From positions 20,736 to 84,735 of IMG/VR virus record IMGVR_UViG_3300020183_000042: DNA of 64,000 bases; one strand, given 5' to 3'. Of this stretch, positions 19,842 through 29,586 are shown piece by piece. Both the position numbers and the translations under genes were made by a program. This DNA comes from a virus (taxonomy: Duplodnaviria > Caudoviricetes). The notes under the pieces were generated by a model. It did no database searches. It was not told the origin of the DNA and worked only from the letters and a program-made list of their open reading frames with translations. The stretch's first letter is position 1. The number at the start of each line of letters is the position of its first letter.

Positions 19842-20705
19842 TTAAGTTTGATTAGTTAATATATGTAATGGTTTATCAAAATAATGAAAATACATAGGAT
19901 CATATTCTGGATTCCATAGTCCTTCTTTTGATGTGTGTCCCCAAGGATCAAAAAATAACTCATGATTATTTACTGAACAACGGTATTCATTCCAATATTT
20001 TTTTATCATATATGCTGGTGAAGAATGATACCATGATATAAAACAAGATCTATTAAAATTTGCACCAATATAAGCATGATAGCTTTTTCTTGATATTTCG
20101 AAGATAAACAATCTATTATTTAGTGGTAAAACAGATTTGTATAATGAACTATCTAGATTTTCATAAACACCAGTTCCGCCCCCATCGTTTTCAGTAATAT
20201 TTTCTGGATGATCGAAATAATATAATAGAGCAACACTTCTACATAATTTATTAGTATTTGGTTGTAGATCCTGACTATCATCTTCGTATACACAATTAGG
20301 AGTCGCTATATCTGCATTCGTATTAGCAAATGAACATATTGATAAGTCTCTATGTATAAAACCACTTTTGGATGGGGCTTTATGTAAATGTATAGCCGGT
20401 GCGATGTATGGTGATGTAATTATATCAAACGTGTTTTCTACAAAACTTTTAAGAGTTTGAGATGCAAATAAATTAAATCCATTAATACATTCTTGTAATT
20501 CTAAACCCTTAATATATGCTTCATAATTACTACTATTTCTAGTTGTTTGATTATATGGTATAGTGTTTTGTATTAGAAATGAAAAATATGGAATAATCTG
20601 ATTGTATATATTATTTTTAAGTAGATTATCTATAATAATATGTTTATATGGCTTTGTATAACGCTTAACGTCCAGATTATCTGATATATGAGGATGATCT
20701 AGCAT
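19842..20705 (-). CDS. 2OG-Fe(II) oxygenase
   Basis: IHRD (HxD), LLYY, GGGTG.Y, P..NR...FE...SYH...R. Confidence 0.8.
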   Translation of the reverse strand: MLDHPHISDNLDVKRYTKPYKHIIIDNLLKNNIYNQIIPYFSFLIQNTIPYNQTTRNSSNYEAYIKGLELQECINGFNLFASQTLKSFVENTFDIITSPYIAPAIHLHKAPSKSGFIHRDLSICSFANTNADIATPNCVYEDDSQDLQPNTNKLCRSVALLYYFDHPENITENDGGGTGVYENLDSSLYKSVLPLNNRLFIFEISRKSYHAYIGANFNRSCFISWYHSSPAYMIKKYWNEYRCSVNNHELFFDPWGHTSKEGLWNPEYDPMYFHYFDKPLHILTNQT

Positions 20706-21330
20706 TTTTTACAGTTTCAATGGTATCGTGATAAAATGTTATGCTTCTTATAGAAGTATCAAAATTAATATTTTCCAATAGACATTTAGAAAAATTTCTT
20801 ACATGAGAATGAAAATGGTCGGGATATACTCTCTGATTGTTGTGTTTCCAATATATAATATTGTTTTCCTCATAAAATCTATTGGTATAGTCATTGCTTC
20901 CATATAATACACATGGCCTAAATATAAGTACGTTTTTTATATTTGTAGAGATAATTAAATTTTCGATCTCTTTTTTATTTTGACCATATGCCCATAGTGG
21001 ATCATTAATTTCAAAACCACCAAATACTGCTAAAGTAGAAATAAAAATATATCTATGAAAAGATACAGTTTGTATAATGTTTAGGAAATGATTAATATTA
21101 TAGCAAGAGAAATCTATGATTGTGTCGTAGTGTTTATTTCTTAATAACTGACATTTATTTATATCTTCTCTATCTAGATTAATCCAATTTAAATAAGGAA
21201 ATAGATTCTTATTTGTTAAACCCCTATTAGCGAGATCTGGATAAATATTATTCTCAATACATAATTCTACAAAATCTCTACCAACCATCTGTGTGCCGCC
21301 AAGAACTAGCATATGTTTATCATTTTCCAT
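20677..21330 (-). CDS. NAD-dependent epimerase/reductase family protein
   Basis: LVLGGT..VG, NRG, YIFIST, YGQNK, RP..LYG. Confidence 0.75.
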   Translation of the reverse strand: MENDKHMLVLGGTQMVGRDFVELCIENNIYPDLANRGLTNKNLFPYLNWINLDREDINKCQLLRNKHYDTIIDFSCYNINHFLNIIQTVSFHRYIFISTLAVFGGFEINDPLWAYGQNKKEIENLIISTNIKNVLIFRPCVLYGSNDYTNRFYEENNIIYWKHNNQRVYPDHFHSHVRNFSKCLLENINFDTSIRSITFYHDTIETVKNARSSSYIR

Positions 21331-22231
21331 TAGTGTGTCCTAATACCCTACCTTTCTGAGTTCTTAATACAAAACCCATACGAATAAGATATGGTTCTAT
21401 ACTATTCTCTATCGTTTCTAGTGCTATTCCAGTTACAGATGATATAGACTTTAATCCGAGTGGATTGCCCCTATTCTTCTTTAGTACATCCAAGTATATT
21501 CTATCATAGGCATCCAGACCATTTTTATCAATACCTTGAAGATTGAAAATATCGTCTACAGATGAATGTTTACCAGTACATGAAATATAGTTCTGATACC
21601 ATTGTAATCTAGCATTTAAAATACGAGGAGTTCCTTTACTCCTTTGTGCTATTTCTAATAAATCAGAATCACTTATCATTAGTCCGAGCTTTTGGGCGTT
21701 CAATCCTGCTAGTTTGGCTAACTCATCGTAACTATAAAAACTCAAATGTTCCTTGATAGTAAATCGGTCATAGAATGGTTGACTAAGACTACCACCACTA
21801 GTTGTTGCTCCTACTAGAGTAAATGCTGCGACTTCTATTTCCTCTGGTTCTTTGTCCATAACTATACTAAACCTGAAATCCTCCATCACAGGATAGAGAA
21901 ATTCTTCAACCAGTTTGGGTAGTCTATGGATTTCATCTATAAAAAATACTGATCGTTTGGTCATCCTAAACATATAGGGCAAAATTGCTTTTACACTTCT
22001 AAGATTAGCAGCGTTTGCCGTATACAGATTGACCTCCATTTCGGAGGCTATAGCACCCGCCAGGGTTGTCTTACCAAGGCCAGGAGGGCCGTCTATTAAA
22101 ACATGAGGGAGGATGCTGTCGTTTTTTTTACAGCCCGCTGTGCTTATCTTTAACCGGCTAATTACATCGTTCTGACCAATAATTTCATCAAAACAAACTG
22201 GACGTTTTACCAATGTCATCGTATTCTCCAA
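21320..22231 (-). CDS. ruvB: Holliday junction branch migration helicase RuvB
   Basis: GPPGLGKTTLA, FIDEIHRL, EE.LYP.MEDF, FTLVGATT, GTPRI, EPYL...RT.KGR. Confidence 0.93.
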   Translation of the reverse strand: MENTMTLVKRPVCFDEIIGQNDVISRLKISTAGCKKNDSILPHVLIDGPPGLGKTTLAGAIASEMEVNLYTANAANLRSVKAILPYMFRMTKRSVFFIDEIHRLPKLVEEFLYPVMEDFRFSIVMDKEPEEIEVAAFTLVGATTSGGSLSQPFYDRFTIKEHLSFYSYDELAKLAGLNAQKLGLMISDSDLLEIAQRSKGTPRILNARLQWYQNYISCTGKHSSVDDIFNLQGIDKNGLDAYDRIYLDVLKKNRGNPLGLKSISSVTGIALETIENSIEPYLIRMGFVLRTQKGRVLGHTNGK

Positions 22232-22630
22232 TTAGTCACTTTTATCTTTTACCCAAAACACAAAATCATTTGACTTTTCATCATAAGCCATATCAACAAG
22301 ACCCTTTTTTACTAGGCCGTTAAGAATATTACTAACCATTCGGCTATTTATTTTTTCCAGAACATCAGTAAATATTTTCTCGTTTAGAGTGTATCTGATT
22401 CGCTTCTTGTTTTTGCTGACCTGTATCTTAACAGACTCTTTCACGATAAGCAAACACTCTTGGTGAGATATTATCTTATCAAATTCTGCTTGTTCACTTT
22501 GCTTAACAGTATCTATAAGAAAATCTAATTCATCTGATTGATCCCTTGCTCCAAAATTATTAAAGATTATAGCCCTAACTCTGTCTGTGAATTCACCTAT
22601 ATCGTTAATAATAAACCATTCTTCTTCCAT
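22232..22630 (-). CDS. Hypothetical protein (C-terminus similar to 35961..36395)
   Basis: GL..KGLVDMAYDEKSNDFVFW vs GLAKLAGQDLIECAWDNDLNDMVFW. Confidence 0.65.
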   Translation of the reverse strand: MEEEWFIINDIGEFTDRVRAIIFNNFGARDQSDELDFLIDTVKQSEQAEFDKIISHQECLLIVKESVKIQVSKNKKRIRYTLNEKIFTDVLEKINSRMVSNILNGLVKKGLVDMAYDEKSNDFVFWVKDKSD

Positions 22631-22639
22631 TTTCTACTC

Positions 22640-23017
22640 CTAGTTTAAGATATCAAATAAGCCTTTGTAATATCTGGGCTGTTGTATAAAATGAGAAGCA
22701 TTGGCTTGTATGTGTTGTTTATATTCGTTATGGATAGGATCATAAATAAAATACTTACTTTTCCATATACCTTCACCATAATAATTGGATCCCAAATACT
22801 GGAACTTTTTAGGGTTCGCAGTATTGGGATTCCAACTATTCACAGGAAACTCAACCGACGGAAAACTATTGATATTATTTATGATATCCGTCATCCATTC
22901 TGAGAACGGAGAATCATGTCCAACATCAAATGTAAAATACCATTTGTACGGATTAACATTATTATCATAATCATGATCATCATTGTATCCATCATCTTCA
23001 TCATCTTCATCGTTCAT
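22640..23017 (-). CDS. Hypothetical protein with acidic N-terminus
   Basis: ORF in operon orientation. Confidence 0.6.
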   Translation of the reverse strand: MNDEDDEDDGYNDDHDYDNNVNPYKWYFTFDVGHDSPFSEWMTDIINNINSFPSVEFPVNSWNPNTANPKKFQYLGSNYYGEGIWKSKYFIYDPIHNEYKQHIQANASHFIQQPRYYKGLFDILN

Positions 23018-23145
23018 TGTTGTGCTATACGCAAAGTGTTATGTCAGCAATATTTTGTGGATGAACATATCCTTCTGTAGTAATAAATACATCAGAATAA
23101 ATTGATTGTTTCATTATTATTACTCCTAATATAGAAAATAAAAAG

Positions 23146-23225
23146 GGAGTTGGGGGATCGAACCCCAAGAGATTCTGATGATCTTAATAAGACAATCTTT
23201 GAATCTGCTAGTCCCAGACTACTCC
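23146..23225 (-). ncRNA. tRNA-like structured RNA (atypical)
   Basis: 5-bp terminal stem GGAGT/ACTCC; canonical-looking T arm TGGGG-TTCGATC-CCCCA; long irregular central stem instead of an anticodon arm. Confidence 0.5.
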
Positions 23226-23234
23226 ATTAATTAA

Positions 23235-24101
23235 TCAGCCAGGATAAGAGTTGTCGTACTCATCCTCATCATCTTCATAATCTTCGTCGTCCTCGTCATC
23301 AAACTGATCCCAGTAATCATCGCGGATATCATAATCCTCGTCATCATCCTCGTACTCGTCCTCGGAAAAATTAGCCGAGTAAAGAGGCTTGAGAAGTTCG
23401 CCTTGATACTCTCCAACAACTTCGTATTGGCAAGTGCGAAGTTTCTCACAATTACAATCACTAGGAACACTCACAACATCACGCGGATTAATCTTAACGA
23501 TCACAATACGATCATGTGCTTCCACAGACCCATAACCAGCAACATAGTTTAATGCTCCAGCATGAAGTCCATTTGAACAACCGCGACCACGATCATCATC
23601 AACCTTGGCTCTTTGCATCTTGCAAATCTTGCCAACACTATTATCAAACGTACCACGATACTTATCCATATAATCACTTCTCACAGCCTTGTAGGCAAGG
23701 AAATGACCATCCTCAGTAATGGGCAGATGCTCATGCTCAAGGAAATCATAGAGTTCCTTTTGACTCTGCATACTAGGATTCTCCATAAGATTGTTGAGGA
23801 AATTAACAAGAGGCTGGAAAGGCAGACCCTTGCTTATAAACTCAAGAATACGCTTGCTGATGCTGCCGTGAACTTCCTCACCCTCATACATCACCTTGCC
23901 ATTCTTAATCTCAACCATACCATCGCTAAAACTGGATACGGCTTTTTCCACATCCACAATATCCAAGAGTTCATCGGCAGTTGCGGTTGGCAACGCTTCA
24001 AGAATCATCTTGTAATTAATATGATCCGGCAAAACCTGATAGGTTCTATTGTTAAGAACCAGAGTCAAATTACCATCAACCCACATAAACGGAACGCTCA
24101 T
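23235..24101 (-). CDS. rIIB: rIIB-like protein with acidic tail
   Basis: NF..NL.ENPS, LYDFLEH..LPITEDG.FLAYK, CS.GLH, KINPRDVVSVP, K.R.C.Y.V. Confidence 0.88.
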   Translation of the reverse strand: MSVPFMWVDGNLTLVLNNRTYQVLPDHINYKMILEALPTATADELLDIVDVEKAVSSFSDGMVEIKNGKVMYEGEEVHGSISKRILEFISKGLPFQPLVNFLNNLMENPSMQSQKELYDFLEHEHLPITEDGHFLAYKAVRSDYMDKYRGTFDNSVGKICKMQRAKVDDDRGRGCSNGLHAGALNYVAGYGSVEAHDRIVIVKINPRDVVSVPSDCNCEKLRTCQYEVVGEYQGELLKPLYSANFSEDEYEDDDEDYDIRDDYWDQFDDEDDEDYEDDEDEYDNSYPG

Positions 24102-24128
24102 TATTTTTCTCCTTGTTTACCTGTGAAA

Positions 24129-26762
24129 TTAACCAAAAACTTTACTAATTTGATCCCTAAACAAATCAACCTTATCTAACGTAACAAACCAACTAGATAA
24201 TCTTCTCCAACTTTGACGGTTATCAAATTGATTGAGAGGATCAGTATCTCTGAGATTTCTCAAATTACCATCAACCATGTTGGCACACATAATATACTTG
24301 AGCAGCGGGTTGCTGTCAAGTGTTGTCTTAATTGTTTTTCTTAGATCGCTAATGGGTGATAGAGTATGCTTTTTGTCTCTATCATTCTTAGTGGAAATAA
24401 GTTTCTTATATGTGTCCGAAGTATTCGGATACCAACTCTCTAAAAGACTCTTCATTGAGTTAAAGAGTAAGTTAGTATTCTTGATCTTCTTTACATCTAA
24501 GCCATTAATACCAATAGCATCAAGCAACTTGGCAATATGAGCATAGTAGTCTGTTTGCTTAAATCTTTTTAGATCATATCCATTACGATGAATAGTATCG
24601 GCAAAAAACTCCATTACAATCAGACTATCAATAGTGTTTACTAGAGTTTTGTCCGAGACATATTCTTTATAGTCCAGACCGAATATGTTCAGAATATGGT
24701 ATATAAACTGTCTATCAATATAGCCTTCGTTATAATCATGATTCATCTTGTCATCAGTGTTGTATTCTTTCTTACAGAATTCGATCACACTATTAATATC
24801 ACGCACATCACTAAACTGCGAGGAATCAATAGTCTTGAGTCGATCTTTGAACCAAGAGTTAAAATCAATTAGGTTGTACCCGTCCTTAATTAAACGATCC
24901 ACACTAGACTGTTTGATAGCATAGATATTTTCTCCACCAAACACAGAGTTATCCGTAATAATCTTATCCCAACGCTTAATACCTGCTATCTCTGGATAAT
25001 TTTCAATAGACGCATATCGTAGAATAGGAATATAAACGATAGTATCAGCATCCTCCAAATCATCCAAACGACTAGCACTAAGACTTCTCATATGAGAAGC
25101 ATCATTGTAGCCATAATTCAATGTTGTGGTATCTTGTGCATCTCCGTAAACCAGAAAAATATCTTGGTCACTAACGCTACCCTTGCTACCTTTACTTGCT
25201 CTAGTTTTTGGAGTTGACTTAATTAGATCACGATGATCCGAAACATTAAGAATATTAGACTCTCCAACATCCTTGACTAGTGCTTTAAAACCATTGGTCA
25301 CATCCTTATGATCTGTGGTATTAACCAACAGATAAGCAAAACAATCATTCTGATTGCAATACTTGGTAACAATCTTTTTGGCTGTTTCCGCAGCACTCAT
25401 ATCACACCAGAAAAACTTCATTGAATTAATCTTTTTCTGATGATTCCAATAGTATTGACCCTTGCCGGTTAGAGTTTCGTGATGAATCTTATCTGTAAGA
25501 TAAATCAGGCGTCGAGAACGATAACCCGCTGTTCTATAATTGAACACATAAAGGTTCTCATCCTTCTTGAGTTTATATTCCAAATCCTCACCAGAATTAA
25601 TAGGATGATCTTTACCATCACTATCTTTCCACGATGCTCCAACACCCCATCCACCAGCAAGATCATTCATCTGATAATAAGTCTGGATTGCTTCTACCTT
25701 GGTTTTGGCAGTAGCAATCTTGTCACTAAAATTCTGCTTCAACTCCACGAAAATATCTTGGGTCTTTTCACGCAGAGTTTTAACAACAGCCTTGGTATAC
25801 TGCAAACCTTCACGGCTAACATCCATTTCAAGTTCGCCAATACCAAAATCCAGTTCCAGATAAAGACCCTGACCAATAATTTCGCCAACAAAAGTCTTCC
25901 AAGATGCAATATCGGCCTTGTTAAAGGCTCTATTCCATTTGGCGATATGGTCTGGAGTCTCAGTCTTTTCTTCTCCTATAAGGTGAGAAACCTCAACAGG
26001 GTAGGCGATATTGCCCATCAAGGCAACAACCCCGCTTTGAATACGATAATCATTATTGGGAAACTTCATGTGATCATTATTGAGTCGGCAAACTCTCCAG
26101 CCTTCTCCATCAATCACCACGTTACGCTGACTATATTCCTTAGTAAAATCCCAATGAACTCCACCCTCAATAATGGGCTTCATTCTAAAATAATGAAAGA
26201 CCCTAACAGCCTTCTGACTAAACTCTTGGAAATCATATTGCTTAACAGCAAAACTAATCTCAAGACCATTAGGCTCATTAGTTTCTGTGCTATGAATAAG
26301 ATTCAGAGTAGGAACACCAGCATCATCAATAGCCGCAATATAAGTATATTGAGTACCATTAAAATAAGAAGTAGTTGTGAAACTCTTAGTATAAGCAAAC
26401 GGACTCTTTGAGCCTAGACCAAGACAACCAACAAAATCATTGCTATCATTCTTATTACTAGCACCATAGGTGGTGTAAAGATGTTCCATATCTTTTTGAC
26501 TAAGACCAGTGCCGTAATCTCGCACACTAAAATTAGGATTAGCGGCCGTAGGCAACGTCACCTTAAAAGGATTCTTATTGCCAGCACTAATATGAGAGTC
26601 ATAGGCATTGGTCGCAAGTTCACGAATGACTGCCATTACCTTGTCGGAATAAAGAGAGTCCGACAAGATTTTAAACATTTTGCTCGTTTGAGCAATAGTA
26701 AATTGATTAGCACTACTAATACCAGCACTATGAACTTCAACAGTTCGATCCGCAAGTTTCAT
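24129..26762 (-). CDS. rIIA: rIIA-like protein (N-terminal GHKL ATPase)
   Basis: ILS.SLY, RELATNA.D, RDYGTGLS, G.LGLGSKSPFAY, SRE.L.Y; RBS GGAG before MKLAD at 26762; upstream of rIIB. Confidence 0.88.
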   Translation of the reverse strand: MKLADRTVEVHSAGISSANQFTIAQTSKMFKILSDSLYSDKVMAVIRELATNAYDSHISAGNKNPFKVTLPTAANPNFSVRDYGTGLSQKDMEHLYTTYGASNKNDSNDFVGCLGLGSKSPFAYTKSFTTTSYFNGTQYTYIAAIDDAGVPTLNLIHSTETNEPNGLEISFAVKQYDFQEFSQKAVRVFHYFRMKPIIEGGVHWDFTKEYSQRNVVIDGEGWRVCRLNNDHMKFPNNDYRIQSGVVALMGNIAYPVEVSHLIGEEKTETPDHIAKWNRAFNKADIASWKTFVGEIIGQGLYLELDFGIGELEMDVSREGLQYTKAVVKTLREKTQDIFVELKQNFSDKIATAKTKVEAIQTYYQMNDLAGGWGVGASWKDSDGKDHPINSGEDLEYKLKKDENLYVFNYRTAGYRSRRLIYLTDKIHHETLTGKGQYYWNHQKKINSMKFFWCDMSAAETAKKIVTKYCNQNDCFAYLLVNTTDHKDVTNGFKALVKDVGESNILNVSDHRDLIKSTPKTRASKGSKGSVSDQDIFLVYGDAQDTTTLNYGYNDASHMRSLSASRLDDLEDADTIVYIPILRYASIENYPEIAGIKRWDKIITDNSVFGGENIYAIKQSSVDRLIKDGYNLIDFNSWFKDRLKTIDSSQFSDVRDINSVIEFCKKEYNTDDKMNHDYNEGYIDRQFIYHILNIFGLDYKEYVSDKTLVNTIDSLIVMEFFADTIHRNGYDLKRFKQTDYYAHIAKLLDAIGINGLDVKKIKNTNLLFNSMKSLLESWYPNTSDTYKKLISTKNDRDKKHTLSPISDLRKTIKTTLDSNPLLKYIMCANMVDGNLRNLRDTDPLNQFDNRQSWRRLSSWFVTLDKVDLFRDQISKVFG

Positions 26763-26818
26763 TTGTATTCTCCAAGGTTTCCTGTGATGCTCGTAGTATA
26801 CATCGTCATTCCGCGTTG

Positions 26819-27064
26819 TCAACCTTGATTTTTCTTTTGATTCACTCGTTGAATACTGATGTAACCAAAATAGATTGGTATTAATCCTATATACCATACT
26901 GGTAAGGCTAGAGAAGCAAACCAAAGTCCACTAACGATTGATAGTGCTGATAATATATAAACTATAAAAGATGGAAAATTTAACCTTGAGGTTAAGTATG
27001 CTAGCGGTCCAATCAAAATAGTTACTAAAACTATTAACGATGCTGCTAACGCTAAACTAGCCAT
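26819..27064 (-). CDS. Small membrane protein
   Basis: Hydrophobic, 2-3 TM segments. Confidence 0.6.
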   Translation of the reverse strand: MASLALAASLIVLVTILIGPLAYLTSRLNFPSFIVYILSALSIVSGLWFASLALPVWYIGLIPIYFGYISIQRVNQKKNQG

Positions 27065-27387
27065 TAGATTTCCTCATCGTCGTCTTGGTCTTTATAATCA
27101 TCTTTTGGAACCCATGTTTCATCAGTATCATCGATATTATAATTTTCTTCAAAATCTTCATCATCCTCTGCTAACAGAATAGTAAAATTATTGAGTATTT
27201 CTAGCATAACATCAACTTTGTGAGCAATATCTCTAACTTCTCGTTTGATTTCTATTATATCTTTAATTAGCTTGTCTTGATTTTTGCTTAGATCATCAAC
27301 ACCCCTAGATAAAGAGTCGTCTTTTTTATATAAGTCCTTATACGATTGCTCAATTTTTTTATAGATGTCGTCAATATCTCTAGACAT
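27064..27387 (-). CDS. Coiled-coil protein with acidic tail
   Basis: GGAG RBS; heptad pattern. Confidence 0.6.
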   Translation of the reverse strand: MSRDIDDIYKKIEQSYKDLYKKDDSLSRGVDDLSKNQDKLIKDIIEIKREVRDIAHKVDVMLEILNNFTILLAEDDEDFEENYNIDDTDETWVPKDDYKDQDDDEEI

Positions 27388-27396
27388 AACTACTCC

Positions 27397-27696
27397 TTAT
27401 TTGGGGTTGCGATATTCTCGTAAATCTCCATTTTCATTAATTTTCTGATCTTCATAGGATGATGCTAGTCGTCGATAGAATTCTTGCTTAATATTCTCTA
27501 ATACACCAGTTATCATAGCAATCTTCTTATATGAAACAGGTTTAATTAACTGGCCCAATACCCTGCTAAAACAATAGTTTATTCTACCAAGGTAGATGCT
27601 AAGATCGTTTGAGATTCTTTTATTACGAATAGCAATAACCATCACTGATATAGCATCGTCTAATTCTTTTCTTTCGTCTTCACTAATGTATGGCAT
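27397..27696 (-). CDS. Conserved phage protein (DUF6899-like)
   Basis: MPYI...R, G.INY, GVLE..K.EFYRR...YED.K..ENGD. Confidence 0.7.
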   Translation of the reverse strand: MPYISEDERKELDDAISVMVIAIRNKRISNDLSIYLGRINYCFSRVLGQLIKPVSYKKIAMITGVLENIKQEFYRRLASSYEDQKINENGDLREYRNPK

Positions 27697-28227
27697 TTAA
27701 TCCTCCTCGCATTTACATTCGTATCGTTTACAATAAGAACATTTTGGCCCAGGGTCGGGATTGCCCCAAGCATTTGATAATCCATCAAAACTTTCTTCAC
27801 CAGTATCTATACAGACCAATTTTTTGGTGCGTCCTCTTTTTACTAGTCCAACATTGTACCAATGACAATCCCAAAATTTCAATCCGGTCTTCTCATTGAT
27901 ATCATTAACGAGTTTTTGTATCTGCTTCATACTAATTTTTGTCGCGGCCCGATCAATGGTTGCTTTTTCTATAATATATCCCCAATCGCTTGGATCATCA
28001 AACACCATATCACCATCATCAGCAAATTTTAATCTACAAACTTTGCTATGAATTTTTGGTGCAAGATCGAACTTTTCTAGTTTTTTGTGATATGTATATG
28101 ACCGCGTAGCTTTCTTCTTATTCCTAAATTCCTTAAAGACTAAGCCACAATAACCAACTATAGGATAGACTTGACAATATCCTCCCTCATTACTCCAATC
28201 ACTATAATCTATTTGATAGTTAAGCAT
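27697..28227 (-). CDS. Protein kinase-like fold protein
   Basis: GGY..VY, VFK, DCH..NVG, CIDTG; likely start MLNYQ at 28227. Confidence 0.6.
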   Translation of the reverse strand: MLNYQIDYSDWSNEGGYCQVYPIVGYCGLVFKEFRNKKKATRSYTYHKKLEKFDLAPKIHSKVCRLKFADDGDMVFDDPSDWGYIIEKATIDRAATKISMKQIQKLVNDINEKTGLKFWDCHWYNVGLVKRGRTKKLVCIDTGEESFDGLSNAWGNPDPGPKCSYCKRYECKCEED

Positions 28228-28549
28228 TAGAGTTATTAATAATTTTGTTAGCCATAATTTCTTGAGCAATATTAATTGCCTCATTAAGATTTGTAGTTTC
28301 ACATAGTCTTATCGGCCCCTTTGGAATATCAATCCAGTAAGAACCATATACGCCATAAAAAACACCACCAAGAGAGTGGTCGTGCATTAGAAAATCAATT
28401 TTGTCGTGAAAAATATCAAAACACCATTCACCACTATCGTCTTGAGTTTCTTTTATTGTATCTACAATTAAAAATCTAAAATTAGGATGTTTAAAATCTT
28501 CATGACTATGAACTATACCACGATAAAATCTGTTTGGAATAGTAACCAT
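28220..28549 (-). CDS. Hypothetical protein
   Basis: Coupled ORF. Confidence 0.6.
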   Translation of the reverse strand: MVTIPNRFYRGIVHSHEDFKHPNFRFLIVDTIKETQDDSGEWCFDIFHDKIDFLMHDHSLGGVFYGVYGSYWIDIPKGPIRLCETTNLNEAINIAQEIMANKIINNSNA

Positions 28550-28550
28550 T

Positions 28551-28871
28551 TTATTTTCTAAATTTAGCGTAAAAATCCTTAAACTCTATTTTATTAGAAT
28601 ATAATGGAACACAAGTTGTTTCATCAGAGTAGGGATTATCTTGAGTTCGTAGATCATACAAATCTCCACGATCATTAGTTTTACCCCAAGCAACAGGATT
28701 GTCAAATATCTTTTTAAGACTAGATAATTCTTGTTCACAACTTAACCATCGTACATTATCTTCTTTTAGTTTTTTTAGTTCATCTTTTGCGTTGTTCACA
28801 ACGAACCGATCAGCACCATTTGCCCAGGCAAATTCGATAAGAAATTCGATAGGATCAGAATGTTGTTGCAT
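28551..28871 (-). CDS. Hypothetical protein
   Basis: Coupled ORF. Confidence 0.6.
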   Translation of the reverse strand: MQQHSDPIEFLIEFAWANGADRFVVNNAKDELKKLKEDNVRWLSCEQELSSLKKIFDNPVAWGKTNDRGDLYDLRTQDNPYSDETTCVPLYSNKIEFKDFYAKFRK

Positions 28872-28872
28872 T

Positions 28873-29094
28873 TTAGATAAATCCTATGCGAGTTTTTTCT
28901 GTAGTAACAATGTTCTCTATATCAGTAGAGTTAAAAATTTCCTTGCAATATGATCTTCCATTCCACCATCCGCACTCATAAGAGATAGAGTTATTTGAAC
29001 CAATATTAACACCAATAATAGTTCCATGAACATCATCTGTTAGTTTAACTTTGGTTCCAATATTGTAAAATTCTAGAATATTATTTTTACTCAT
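28873..29094 (-). CDS. Hypothetical protein (YodC-like small beta protein)
   Basis: IG.KV.L...G.I....Y.C.WWNG; AAGGA RBS. Confidence 0.55.
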   Translation of the reverse strand: MSKNNILEFYNIGTKVKLTDDVHGTIIGVNIGSNNSISYECGWWNGRSYCKEIFNSTDIENIVTTEKTRIGFI

Positions 29095-29127
29095 TTGTTT
29101 TCCTTTTAGTTAATAATTCCTAATTAA

Positions 29128-29200
29128 TAGGAGTGGTGGGAGTCGAACCCACACTGTACGGATTTTAAGTCCGTTGTCTCTGCCATTGGACTACACTCCC
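29128..29200 (-). tRNA. tRNA-Leu(TAA), short variable loop
   Basis: GGGAGTG/CACTCCT acceptor; ACGGA-CTTAAAA-TCCGT anticodon arm; GGTTCGACTCC. Confidence 0.92.
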
Positions 29201-29288
29201 AAATGATAATCGACTACAACAACTAAAGGTATGAGGTTGATTATTTGTGGGCCTCTCCCGTTTAAACTGTTGTAGCCGACTACCGTTT
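29201..29288 (-). ncRNA. Unclassified structured RNA, ~24-bp G-U-rich stem enclosing ~40 nt
   Basis: AAACGGTAGTCGGCTACAACAGTT pairs with AGTTGTTGTAGTCGATTATCATTT with one mismatch and several G-U pairs on the - strand. Confidence 0.55.
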
Positions 29289-29304
29289 GATTTTATAAAG
29301 AGTC

Positions 29305-29586
29305 TCAGCCGTTGTTGTGAGCCTTTAGACGACGCACAATCTCGGCCATAGCCTCAACATTATCAACCGTCTTAGTGGGCTTCGCACGCTCCATAGCGGG
29401 AAGATCAATACCCTTCTTAGCCAGAGCGGCCTTAGTACGAGCATAACGAGCCATCGTACTAGCAACCTTCTGACCAGTCTTGGTAGCAATCTCAGCATAA
29501 GTCTTGGACGAATAAACCGCCTCAAGAAAAGCCTCGTCGCTGCAACGAACACGGGTCTGCTTCTCAACATTAGTACCTTCAGCCAT
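29305..29586 (-). CDS. Small basic helical protein, possibly DNA-binding
   Basis: GGAGG RBS, own promoter, GC-richer codons than neighbours. Confidence 0.7.
   Translation of the reverse strand: MAEGTNVEKQTRVRCSDEAFLEAVYSSKTYAEIATKTGQKVASTMARYARTKAALAKKGIDLPAMERAKPTKTVDNVEAMAEIVRRLKAHNNG

Noticed and set aside
25479-26828. Long + strand ORFs (also 23613-24179, 51074-51979, 57990-58475, 58880-59425 and others)
   Set aside because: Antisense shadows of well-supported - strand genes; no RBS or motifs
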